The notes below the pieces were generated by a model. The model was not told the origin of the DNA and did no database searches. It saw only the letters and a program-made list of their open reading frames with translations. From contig CM060732.1 in the NCBI GenBank assembly GCA_030704615.1, positions 39,928,001-39,992,000 of the forward strand: a DNA stretch of 64,000 nucleotides. Direction: 5' to 3'. This DNA comes from Takakia lepidozioides (Eukaryota > Plantae > Bryophyta). The first letter of the stretch is position 1. Each line of letters starts with the position of its first letter. The translations under genes were made by a program, and so were the position numbers. Positions 1 to 12,564 of this stretch are shown one piece after another.

Positions 1-1216
1 CTTGTTAAACACTTGAGGAAAGGCAGAGCGGCGACGCCGTAGAGATATCAAACACGTATTGCAGAATGTAACGCTGACCTTGGAATCTACTTAGAATGTC
101 CTAATACTGTACGATTAGGGTTAAGGGCTATACGTTCTCCTTGAAATGCTACTCGAACACAGAAGTTCAGATTCCAGAATTTCCACAAGTACCAATCCCT
201 GGATGACGACGAACTTCTGATCCCAGGCCACCGACCCATTTCACGTCAACGTCGTCGCATTCAAAGGTGTTTCAATCTCGATTTCCCAGTACCCACACCC
301 CAAGAGGCGGCAGATGTTGTGCAGGCGGCTTTAGAATCTTTCGTGACAAAAACTTCTCATCTCAAGGGCACCAGCTGGCCGCCTCATATGCAATACAGAC
401 ATCGCAGATTCTGGGAGCGATATGATATAAAGGAGCACACAATGCTCGTGAAGGGTGACTGGAGCACACGCAATGCACATGATTTTAAGAATATGCACCG
501 TGCATGCAGTCTTGTAATCAACTTTTTCACGTCTCTAAGAGGCCACATGGAATTTGAAGTCTGGTTGAACTTGTCGTAGTAGAACTTTAGTATACTGCAT
601 CTCGTGAACATTACATTCTAGTCATGAGTGACAGAACGGAACTTATCTAGACTAGAATCCTTGTAGCGACGCTGAATGGCGTCTACAAAAGACCTCTGAT
701 CCTAGATATCGAGTCCTCACTGGAAGGTTTAACGCGGTGAGCACTCGATGAAGTTCCATGTGAGCAAAAGATTGCAGGTGTGAGCAGAATTTGTACACCG
801 CGGTCGACGGAGCCATAGATTGCATGGATGCAATCCACCCTCCTCGCACAGCCTGCTTGTGGTCGAGGGACTGGGAGCGTCGTTCTGGCCCTTTGCAATT
901 GGTGGTTCTTAAGAGTTGCACGAGTCCATAGATTTATAAAAATCCCTGAGCGCAAGTCATTCATGAGACATCGAGCAGTAGTTGTCGGCTCAAAGTGCAA
1001 GTGCTCAGCTAGTAACGCCAGAGCGGATTTACAGACTATAACATGCTCGACACAGTTCAGTTACGGTTCTCAATTTATGTATAACTAGACCAGATTACAC
1101 AAAACATTCCTGGGGGACATGCACAGGGAGGGGCAGAAGCAATTAGCAAGGAGCAACTCACTGTTAGTTAGTAAGCAGATAGATGCTCCTGTGCACAACA
1201 ACTCCATTTTTGCACC

Positions 1217-3637
1217 ATGGTGCCACGAACAAGTCTAGCAAGACGAACAAAGATTACGACCGTAATGTCTGGAGTAATTCTCCTCACTTGTATTCACTTG
1301 GCAGAATCGGCAAGGTGGCAATCGGCACTCCAATTCAAACTTCATAGAGATGACAATCGAACGCCTGAAGGAAATTGGCGACACAATGCTAATGCTAGCA
1401 TTTTACAGCAGGCGAATTCAGGAACAAGGTGGCCAATGAGGTTGCCAGCCAATACAGTGATTGTTGTTAGCAAGGACGGAACTGGAAACTACACCGCAGT
1501 CCAGGAGGCCATAGATTCCGTGCCGGATGACAATCCTGCTGAAGTAACCATTCAAGTTAACTCAGGAACCTACGTGTAAGGTCATGCTTGGGGAGAATGT
1601 CCCTACATCATCACACACATACACAATCCCACGGTCTACCATTTCCAGACTTTCCATATATGTGAATGCGCACTACTAGTATACTGTATAGTATCGCGCA
1701 AATGGGATGATTGATGGATACTGCTGGTGCAGCTGTTTGAAAAGCTTAGTCTTGGTTGTCTATAGGACTGTCATGAAGCCGGCCAACATGAGCTATTTTG
1801 ACAATTTCAATTCAGGCGCCCCTAGCAATGAAAGGAGAAGTTCTGGCTGATATAAAGTCCATGCACCCAGAAAGTGAAGTTCTTCGCTTGAATCTGTTGC
1901 AGGGAGAAAGTAACTGTTGCAAGCAACAAGCCCCACATAACAATCCAGGGAGCTGGGAGAATGGTGACAACAATCTCTTGGGGTGATACGAGCAGTTCAG
2001 CTGGTAGTACCTTCGCCTCTGCATCCGTGGCTGTGGATGCTGCTAACTTCACTGCACACAGTATAACTTTCAAGGTGAAAGTCTAAGCATTGTACTGGAT
2101 TCTACCCCTGCTATATATCTCGAATTTCCTAACCATTATGGTTTTAGGTTGTGTGGTAACCGTAAACGACCGATGTCTTTGACCCCGAGCTCTTGTGAAC
2201 CCGTTTGCATCGGTTGACGTATTACGTTCTATGACATTCAGGACACAGTGCACAGTTTTTAGATTAAAGTAGGCCAGTTTGCTTATGAAGATCTTGAAAA
2301 TATATAGAATTCGTCGATCTTCCAACATTTGCACCTAGTGTTCTGAGTCCTAGAGAGATGGACAGAATTCAGCCCCAAAGCCACCACCCGGCGCAGAGGG
2401 AGAGCAGGCAGTTGCTCTCAGGATTTCTGGGGATATGGCTGCTTTCTATAGCTGTGGGTTCCTTGGGGAGCAAGATACCCTGTACGATTTTTGGGGCCGT
2501 CACTACTTTAAAGACTGCTATATCGAGGGGGAAATTGACTTTGTCTTTGGAAATGGACAGTCTTTGTATAAGGTGAGAAGACCAACTCATCTTTTCATAT
2601 ATTGGTCAGCACCTAACCCGACTTCAATTCTAAGAATTTCTTTCTGTACACTTCATCTCATGCTGATTACAAAGAAACTATCTAGGGATTTCGCATTCAA
2701 GCTGCCTCAGTCTGTCGATAGAAAGGCTCCAAAGTTTCATTTGGTACAGGCTGCAACTTCCTCCTGAAAGGTTCAAAGAGAGAGGCGATCTGTGAGAGAG
2801 ACCGAATTTCTAAAGGGAAGACCTTTACAGTACATACATCCCACCAGTCAGGGATCGATCCATGGTCAAAAGCAAACCTTCCCGCATTTTGTTGTAGGAT
2901 CGGGTGGGCCATTTGAACCATGAAATTGTCGAAGTGCTCAACTGTAAGGCATGCTAGAGGCGCAGCTTGTAGAGAACATGATCTGCATCTGATCGTGTGA
3001 GAATTCCCAACTTGTTCATGAAATTCTGCGAACTTACGGAAGGATTCGGTGATAAACTCAACTGCTACGACAAGTGGAAGCGTAACAGCTGATGGGCGAA
3101 CAAACAACACCCAGACCACTGGCTACTCCTTCGTCGACTGCTCCATAGTGGGGACGGGCTCAATTGTACTCGGAAGGGCATGGCGCCCTTACTCACGCGT
3201 GGTCTTCTCCAACACGTACATGTCTAACATTATCCAGGCCGTCGGGTGGGACGACTTGGGCGACACCGCGAATGATGCGTAAGTATTCCTGCACACACTC
3301 AGGTTTATACGGTCTCGTGATCAGCAAAAGTTTCTTCCCCTCTCGAGTCTACATTGATGCGAGTTAGCGCACGGGACCAAGGAGAACGCTTTAATTCCCT
3401 GGAGTGTTAGTCACAGTGTTTGACACACCATTACAATGGCAATATTCACAGTATGCTTAGAACTTATGATGGGGTCGACTTTACAGGACTGTGTTCTATG
3501 GAGAATACAACAACACAGGACCAGGTGCAAACATGACAGGAAGAGTCAACTATGCTAAGGCACTCACACAAGCCCAGGCCAAACCATTCATGGACATCAG
3601 CTTCATCGATGGCTCTGACTGGCTCAAGGAAACATAG
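1217..3637 (+). CDS. Pectin methylesterase without a PMEI pro-domain; 5 exons approx. 1217-1575, 1903-2074, 2366-2572, 3043-3278, 3487-3637
   Basis: Spliced frame contains the PME motifs [62 protein letters not shown] and [11 protein letters not shown]. Introns are GT-AG and in phase. Hydrophobic N-terminal segment; TAG stop at 3635-3637. Confidence 0.95.
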
Positions 3638-4434
3638 TCCCTGCCCAGATTCCATTGTAGTTCAACAAATTGATATCCCACATCAAGCTGTCGTTCAAAT
3701 GTCATGCCAGAGAATCGAACATGTTCAAATCACTGAAAACATGTCACCTTCCCTCAGTTCTTGTTACCGATTTGTTGTAATTCAAAGACCAGGATACAGC
3801 AAACTTAAATGAAGAGATGGAGACGATTATGCGTGGTGGACACTCGATGCTACTTACTTATTCACGTATACGTCTCAAGCACGTATGTTTAGGAAGCATA
3901 TTAACAATAGAAAGAAAACAAGGCAGCGTGTCCAGTTCCAGATCAGAGACTCGTAGACTGTTGGGTTGTTTGGCCATGTATGTCATCTAATTCTCAAACC
4001 GAGCAGTGGACTGTCCGATTGTTACACAGATGCAAACCAGTCCCTTGGTAAGAAGTAAAGCGTATCTTCATAACTTCCTATTATGACAATGATCTGATAT
4101 GTGAGAGATTACATTTCACATCTCCCAGCAGTAAGCCACAACTCGGGCAAGCTGTGTTGCTGTGGAATTTGATTTTTACATAGCCCTTCACGGTCTAGGG
4201 TTTCATGCGAAGACGCTGGACAAAAAATTCGCGACCCAACTTCCCCATCTGTGACTCTGCAAAAAGATATTTTCTACCTCTGTAAATTCACTGGACGTTA
4301 AAGAATCTTAATCTTATCTTTACCTCAAGAAGATCCTCAACCCTCAAAGGGGGGGGGGGGGTGGGGGGAACACCCCATGTCTCAAGTGAGCCTTGATACC
4401 TCACTTGGCATATGAGAACAAATTAAGTCCCAAT

Positions 4435-5887
4435 CAGTGTTGGACCAGAATATGTATTTTTAAATACATACTAATCAGACTGTCCCTGGTATGAAGGATC
4501 TGATCCCTTATGCATAGGAGGCTGATAAGGGTATGGTGGCAGGTATGGCCTGATAGAGTATTAATGGTATCAATAGGGTAATGGGTCTTCTAATATGGAT
4601 AGTGTATGGGTATGGTATTGGTATTAACCCCTTAAGGATGATGCAACCCGAGTCGTGTCAGATCACTTGCCACGCTCGAGTTCCCATGGATGATGGTGCA
4701 TGGAAGTGAACTTTGAAGATGTATTGTAGATGTCATAGAGGAGCACACGAGGGAATTTACAGCGCCAAAAAATCATAAAAGCTCTGCTCCCTAGAATTTT
4801 GCAAAGTGCTAGGGTTTCAGGAAATCCAGTGTTAGAGCACCATTGACCTGCCTACGTGGCAGCCAAATGGGAAATCTTCAAGATAACATCTAGGGCTGAA
4901 AAATTTTGTAATGCCAAAAAATTCGGACAAGGCACCATGAAATTTTACCGTGCACTTACTAAACTAGAGGAATTGGAAAACAAATGTCACCTCATTGGTG
5001 TACTTGGGAAAGAAGTCAAAACAAGATAATTTACCCCCCAGATTTCACATACAAAGCAGCCTATCTGAATTTTTGGAATTTTGGTCTGATTTTTTTTTGG
5101 GAGGCAGTAGTTTAGGTGCCATATAATCAGATTATGGAGGGCCTTGTCTAGAAAGATTCAAACAATTTTTTCCATGCAATTTTTGAATATATTTATAAAT
5201 TGGGGCATATTAGTTTGTTATAATCTCCCGAATGTAACGGTCAATTTGGCTATATTTTTTATAGGACATGGATCTAGTAGATATGCACATAAGTGTAGAT
5301 TCATCCCCGTGGATGATTGGGGGTAAGAAGTTACACCCTCCTCCATAAAGGTATGCACCCTTTTTTGGTGGGCCCACCAAAAAATAGCTCGTCGATTAAG
5401 GGTTAATTCTTTTGATATTGATAGTGGGGATATATGAACATTGGTATGGTAATTATGTTGTTGAGCCTTTGTATATAGTACAATTGTCAGACTATCTTTC
5501 AGTTATTTTCTGCCCAGTCATGGTAGCCAGGACCAGATTTCCACTTCCCCTGCGGAGAGTCTGATCAATTTGTTCAGCCTGCACTGCCTGATACGTCTCA
5601 AGTGCTCACTGAAGCTCATATTCCTACCCTACTTGTTCATATCCCTACTTATACTGAGCTCCATCGCCGCTTGCAACCCTCAGTAATGGTATCGCAGGCA
5701 ATATAACAACAGCGACAACCCAGGCTGGTCTGGTATTGACGAGCAAATCCTTGACTCAATATCCACCCTAGTAGATTATGTAAATGGATAAAATGTTCTT
5801 TCATATCAGTAGGGTATGGTTCTTCATACCATTACTCATACCTTTACTGTATACTTAGGTCTCACCATATATACCGGTCCAACACCA
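4435..5887. mobile_element. Degenerate hAT-like MITE hosting a nested element
   Basis: Left end CAGTGTTGGACCAGAATATG matches the reverse complement of the right end, TGGTGTTGGACCGGTATATATG. It has the same CAGTGTTGG start as the hAT MITE at 29236. No 8-bp TSD is preserved. Confidence 0.45.
4628..5402. mobile_element. piggyBac-like non-autonomous element with TTAA TSD
   Basis: TTAA (4624-4627) CCCCTTAAGGATGA ... TCGTCGATTAAGGG TTAA (5403-5406). The CCCTTAA-type terminal inverted repeats are imperfect and the interior is non-coding. Confidence 0.55.
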
Positions 5888-5981
5888 ACCGTACACAAAA
5901 TATAAATATAAATATTCAAAATGTCCTAATTATTTAGAAGTAGGTAATTCTAGTTAACCATGACTAAAACCATGACACTGA

Positions 5982-6004
5982 ATATATATATATATATATA
6001 TATA
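5982..6004. repeat. (AT)n microsatellite
   Basis: Read directly from the sequence. Confidence 0.95.
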
Positions 6005-6253
6005 ACCCTAGTCGAAGCTAGCATAAATAAGAGTCCTTTTCCCGTATTGGTATTACCCCTTTCGAGGGTGGGCTCTATGGAACCATAACCAATTACTGAA
6101 CGACAAGCTGACCACTTTCAATCTTTCTTTTGTTGAGGATAATGGCTGTGAGTGAAGTGATGGCTGTGAAGTGCATGGTTCGTAGTTGGGGGTGGTATTG
6201 GTACAAATGGGACCTGTTCAAGATGGACAGTTGAGGAAACCGGGGATGTTTAG

Positions 6254-6910
6254 CCCTTAAACGCCCACCAGGCCCAAAACGGGCTTCATTGCCTATTTAA
6301 ATGTAAATTGTTTTTTCAGATCTGCATTGATGAACTTTATGAAATTAGTGCCATAGAGTGGCTCTTGTCGTGCACTGCCAAGATTGGGCTACTAATTGCC
6401 CTAATTTTGAGTTAAAGCAAAGTTGTCTCATCATGCAAGCAAGGGGGTCAGGTTTTCATGAAGACAATTCTCTCTTTTTCATGCTAGGATTTCTTCAAAC
6501 ATGTGTGTGAGAGGCTTATTGTTAGGGATCTGCCCAAGTTTGACCAAGTGGCAGCACTATATGTGTTGGCCAAATTGGATTGTTTTTAGCTTGTTGGATG
6601 AGGAATCCCAAGGGGATGAAGCCTTACTAATCTCGCCTCAATCCAAGTTGATTCCTTCCGTCACTCAAATCTTAAAACATTTGCCAAAAAATGACATGTT
6701 TCTTCAACATGCCCCACATTCAATGGTGGTGTTTTTTTGGATTTGGGGCCGATAGCCCTGGAAATTGGTAGGTGGGTTTAGGAGGAAGATACGCACATAA
6801 TGTGGGATCAAGTTCTTAAAAAAACTCAATTTTCTAAGAGTTAAACCATGTTCCATTGCAGAGTTCCTATTTTTTGAAAAAATCAAACTATGACATTGGG
6901 CGTTTAAGGG
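6254..6910. mobile_element. piggyBac-like MITE with perfect 14-bp TIR and 4-bp TSD TTAG
   Basis: TTAG (6250-6253) CCCTTAAACGCCCA ... TGGGCGTTTAAGGG TTAG (6911-6914). Confidence 0.7.
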
Positions 6911-6930
6911 TTAGTAGAGAAGCTGGAGAA

Positions 6931-6932
<2 letters not shown>

Positions 6933-6979
<47 letters not shown>
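6933..6979. repeat. (AT)n microsatellite
   Basis: Read directly from the sequence. Confidence 0.95.
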
Positions 6980-6980
<1 letters not shown>

Positions 6981-9028
6981 CGCCAGCCAGAGCTAGCATA
7001 AATAAGAGCCTCTTCCCCTAAGAATATCTATACATATACATTGATTGTAAGTTCGGGAATGAGCTCTTTGCACCAATTGGTATTTGTCTTTATTTTTGAA
7101 AGACGGTGTTTGATGGGCAACCTGCAAATGGGCGCAGGTTGGAAGCTCTCCCTCATCATTCGAGGATGCTAGCTTACATACATGATTTAAGAGGACACAT
7201 GGCTGCATCTTCTTCTCCACTGTAAACATCCCATTACTCGACATAATCAAGGAGTCTGGCAACTTTGTAAACTTATCCTCACACACCCTAGATCTAGATG
7301 GTATAACCTCATTAATGCATGTACGTTTCAAGGAAGGCCACTGGACCACACAATACCCTCATGGCTACTACCATGTACATGCGTTAATTACCCATGCCTT
7401 TGTCTAGCAAGACTATGTCATAATATTCTTCTTGTCCAAGGATTCCCCATCTCGTCGGCAATGCCAACAGGTCCACTCCCCCTCCCTCACCATTCATATA
7501 ATTGAATTTACCTTTTGTCATGACAGATATCCGGACTAGTCGATTATGTACAAACGTGAAAATATGAACCCCTCGATCTGGCCCTCCGCCAATATGGATG
7601 CAACACCGCCCCTTTGACAATCATCAATCATATGGTCCTGCAATGATACATACAGTTTAATTGAGTTGCAAACTGACAATTTTGTCTCTGTAAACTAGAG
7701 AACCTCCAACCCCATATACATGCCCAGCACTGGTGACCACTTTCCAAATGGGCGGTAGTAAAGATAGGAGTCTATTTGGGATGCACTGACACCATAAGTT
7801 TAACTTGCTTTGATAAGAAATTTCTTTCTTGCTTCGTTATGTGGAATAGTAATAAACATAGCACATTGTGCACTGTTTATGTGTATACAATGTTGGCCAA
7901 AATAGGTTAGGCCTCTAGTTTTTCATCACACACTGACCGTAATATCTGAATCCCCTCTCTAGACACATGGCCACATCTGCTACAACTCAATTGCAATCAA
8001 CCCCATACCAAATAAATGGTTTCTATATAAGTAGACACAATCAAGGGGTATGGAAACTTTTAAAACTTCTCCTATTGCACCCCTCCAGATGATTCAACCA
8101 CCCCCCTGGTTTTTTCCCTGCTCATGCAAACAATATCCATGCCTATGTCTGGCACGCCTTTGTCTTGGTATACAACTAGTTCAAGGTTTCCCAAACTCAA
8201 ACATATCACCCTCAAGTCCATGTCCCTCTCTTACTATTCATATTATCGAATTTACTTGTGTGACCATTATCCATGAACAAACAAACAAAATATGAACCAT
8301 TCACAATGTATACATGGATTACAAAAACACCATTGACTATTACAAATGTAGGTATTAGAGGTTGTGCCCATAGCGATAACATTCTCACTTTACATCATAA
8401 CTTGAAAATACCTCGTATTGTCACCACTCGATTTTCCAACCTGGACCTACACTTTACCACTATCAAATCACTTACAGCTATACCTCTTAACAAACACAAA
8501 ATTGACAGTGGCTAGCTGGTCACATTGTAGTTATGTAACTCCTATAGAGCCCATATCCGAAAGAGAGAGTACCTTCATGGGAAAAGACTCTTATTTACGC
8601 AAGCTCCAATTAGCGTGTGTGTACACTAGGGACCACTGAAGCTCAAACATCGAAAATTCACCTTCATCATGAATTGACTGTCGATGAATACTTGTACAGC
8701 TGAGCAACTGCAGGCTCTGAGCTCGGGCTTGATATTCAGCAATCCAAGAGACAAGTGGCCATGAAATCAAGCCACTTCAACCATCTTCATCCAAATGGAA
8801 AGTGTAACTGAAGGCAAGTTTTGGTCTGTTTGATAGCAGCTCAGACTCCTTCAGAGTATCTTGAATAAGTGCATTGGCGGCCAAGTACGCCTGGATGACC
8901 TCCACAAAACCACCACCTCCTAGATGGCCTACTCCAGTGCTCTGCCCTGAATCTCGAACAATGGATGCCGCCTTCTGAATGGCCTTCTTGATGCTCTGAA
9001 GGAGGCTCTCTCGGTCGTGAAGTTTCCT

Positions 9029-9110
9029 GTGCTCTTCCTTTGTTTTCGAGTACACCAAGATGTCGTCGATGTACACGATCACAAAGTCATCCAACCACTC
9101 CTGAACAGAC
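9029..9110 (-). mobile_element. Ty3/gypsy reverse transcriptase fragment
   Basis: Translates to EWLDDFVIVYIDDILVYSKTKEEH, the gypsy RT YxDD region. The rest of pol is absent. Confidence 0.85.
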
Positions 9111-10399
9111 GCTTGATCTCAAAGATCAAGTCTGTCACAACACCCCCCCCCCCCCCCACCCTCTGAGGCATTCACCTTCTTCACGGCAACGCCCAGCAAG
9201 TTCTTTGAGTCCCTCCTGTCAAGCCAAGCATCCACAATGCTCTTGACCATCCTCGCATCCCACAGTCGATCCAATATGTCGACCCTCTCAAGTGTCAAAC
9301 CACTCAAACAAAGCTCCCCTCCGATCTGCTCGGTGACATGCTGAGTGACCCGCTCCGTGACCTCATGCTCACAGCGCCTTAACGTCGACTCAACATGCAA
9401 TCCAACAAGGTCAACAACCTTTGGATCGGAGTTGAGTTTTGCTGCACTAGTCCCCACATCCATTCTGCTGAACACTCTCTTCACCCTCGACTGTTTGTCT
9501 TTCAAGACACTCTCTCTCTTCGCCTTGGGCTCGATAGGATGAACATCATTTGCCTTTGCAAACAACTCATCGGGATTTCCCCTCGACACCATTTCAACCA
9601 CAGAGATATGGTCTTCTCAATGTAGAAGACCAAGCAAAACTGTGAGACCAATCTAATCCATCTAAACTCTGAGACAAATCTAAACCCTCTTTGAAAAGCT
9701 AACCCATGTTTGAAAATTGTGAGACCAATCTGAGGGTAGCTATCGTGTGAGCAGCTCACGTAAGCATGATCACGCTTTGTACACTAATCGTGAGCAAAAT
9801 CCTCAAGCGTGAGCAGAATTCCTTAAGCGTGAGCAGATTATGGAAGCAGAGCCTACAACCGAGGTAATACAGGGCCTATTGCCGTGGACGCAAAGTGTTT
9901 TGAATGCAAATTCACGTAGGCGGCCAGGGACCACTCCATGTCGTGCTCCATGCATGCAATGTGGGATGAATATATCATAAAAAACGGACGGATGAAAGAG
10001 GCATGGATGAATGAAAGAAGGTGATGGATGCATGATGGATGAATGTGGGATGAACGTGAGTCCTGAAGAGTGGAGGATGCATGGACTGAAATAAAATTGA
10101 TTGTACGGCAAACACAACATTGACGACAAATTCTATACTCGGGGAAACAAGGGAAAACCGTAACTACAAACACTGATTCTGCAACCCAAAATTTCAAACC
10201 CCCATGGAAAACCATAAACCGAAAACCCATGCCCGCAATGATAAACCCCAAACCCCAAACCTCAAACCCCAAAGCAGAAACGGAAGCCAGAAACCCAGAA
10301 CGGTAACCCTAATTCAAACGGCACATGGGAATCCAACCCAAAAACCAATTAAAACATTTAAAATTAAAACAAAACCTGAGCGAATAGCCATGTTCTACC

Positions 10400-11830
10400 A
10401 TTGAAACAGGTTGGGCATTAAGGTGGCGTCATTTGCAACCCTCACAAGGAACATGACAATTCACCCCAAAAACCAAAAATAAAAATAAAAATGAAATAAA
10501 AGCCTTGGCGAGGAGCCATGTTCGGAGAGGGAAATAGGCTCGGCATTAAGGTGACGTTAACGCTAACTTAATTCCCAGAGCTTAATTCCAGCCCAGAAGA
10601 CCAACCAGATTAACGTATCGTCAACGACACCAGCCCTTGTTGCAACATGACAATTCACCCCAAAAACATAAAAAACAATAAAAACTAAATATAAGCCTTG
10701 GCGAGAAGCCATGTTCGTAGAGGGAACAGGCTTGGCATTAAGGTGGCGTTGATGCCACCTTCATTCCCAGCCCCTGTTTGAGCTTAATTTCAGCCCAGAA
10801 GACCAACCAGATTTAGGTGTCGTAAACTACACCTTAATTCCCAGCCCCTAATGGAACATGACAATTCATCCAAAAAAAAAAAAAAAAAAAAAAAACAAAC
10901 AAACTAAAAAAAAGCCTTCGCGAGAAGCCATGGTCGTAGAGGGAAACTGGCTCGGCATCAACGCCACCTTAATTCCCAGCCCCTGTTAGAGCTTAATTCC
11001 AACCCAGAAGACCAACCAAATTAAGGTGTCGTCAACTACAACTTAATTCCCAGCCCCTGTTGGAACATGACAATTCACCCCAAAAACAAAAAAAACAAAA
11101 AAAAAGCCTTGACGAGTAGTCATGTTCGTAGAGGGAAACAAGCTCGGCATTAAGGTGGCGTGAACGCCACCTTAATTCCCAGCCCTTGTTAGAGCTTAAT
11201 TCCAGCCCAGAAGACCAACCAGATTAAGGTGTCGTCAACGACACTTTAATTCCCAGCCCCTGTTGGAACATGACAATTCACCCCAAAAACAAAAAAAACA
11301 AAAAAAAACAAAAAAAAAGCCTTGGCGAGAGGCCATGTCCGTAGAGGGAAACAGGCTCGGCATCAACGCCACCTTAATTCCCAGCCCCTGTTAGAGCTTA
11401 ATTCCAGCCCAGTAGACCAACCAAATTAAGGTGTTGTCAACGACACCTTAATTCCCAGCCCCGGTTGGAATATGACAATTCACCCCAAAAACAATAAAAA
11501 ACAATAAAAACTAAATAAAAGCCTTTGGCGAGCAGCCATGTTCATAGAGGGAAACAATCTCAGCATTAAGGTGGCGTAAACGCCACTTTAATTCCCAGCC
11601 CCTGTTAGAGCTTAAATCCAAGACCAACCAGTAATTTGGCACATTCGGGGGAAAAAAAAAAAAAAAAACCCTTTTTTATTTTATTTTATTTTCCCCGAAT
11701 GTGCCAGATTAAGGTGTCGTCGACGACACCTTAATTCCCAGCCCCTGTTGGAGCTTAATTCCAGCCCAGAAGACCAGCCAGATTAAGGTGGCGTGAAGGT
11801 GGCGTCAACACCACCTTAAATCTGGCACAT
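10400..11830. repeat. Tandem array of ~200-bp units, each with two palindromes and an A-tract
   Basis: The unit marker A(C/T)ATGACAATTCA recurs at ~10451, 10645, 10856, 11065, 11268 and 11470. Palindromes are of the form ATTAAGGTGGCGTGAACGCCACCTTAAT and ATTAAGGTGTCGTCAACGACACCTTAAT. Confidence 0.95.
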
Positions 11831-12564
11831 TCGTCTCATCTCATCTCCCCCTCCTGTGGTCCGCGAGAGGGGTGGTTTTGTGTAGAGCAGGGCTAGTATC
11901 TTTATAGACAGTTCTGCATCAGTTTTGGGCTCAAAATCAGATGGAAGTGCCTTTGCGGAATGACTCATTTGTTTTAAGACAGACATTTATGAAGCACCAG
12001 TTTCTCTCCCTTGCATGTTTGAAGATGTGTTTTCGGGCTTCTTTTAGCGGTCCCCGGTCTGAATTCGTCATTTTCATTCATCCACTCTTTTTCTCATCCA
12101 TGTTTTTTCATCATACATTCATCCATCGTTCATCCACTCCTTTCATCCAACTTCTTTTCAAAACACACTCAAACATCAATCAACCACTCCACAATGTTGC
12201 TGCTAACCCGCACGCTCACTCTTAAAAAAAAATGCTCTCTTTTCGACGCTTGAAGCCCACGGTAATAGGGCTTCCAGCAGGTACAGGTAACAGGGCGAAA
12301 TAAGGGTAAAGTAGAGGTTGTGAGAGAGACAACTTGCTATGCTAGGGCAGGGTGAAAGAGTAGTAAGAAAGATCTTATGCAAGAGAGACTTGTGTGCATT
12401 GTTTCGTGAATGGTTTAGATTGGAGAGGTAGGTAGCTATTCCGTGAGATAAGAGCACAAAAATGATGCGAAGATGAGGTGCGGAGCTGATCCGGAATTGA
12501 CGAGCTGAGAAGACAAGGAGTTGGAGCAGATCTGCAGTGGCAATGTGAAGACAGATTCAGTACT

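Noticed and set aside
1-1090. Short ORFs at the window start
   Set aside because: No identifiable family; possibly decayed repeat sequence.
10400-11830. Palindromic repeats superficially resembling a CRISPR array
   Set aside because: The intervening sequences are themselves repeated rather than unique spacers, there are no cas genes, and the context is eukaryotic.
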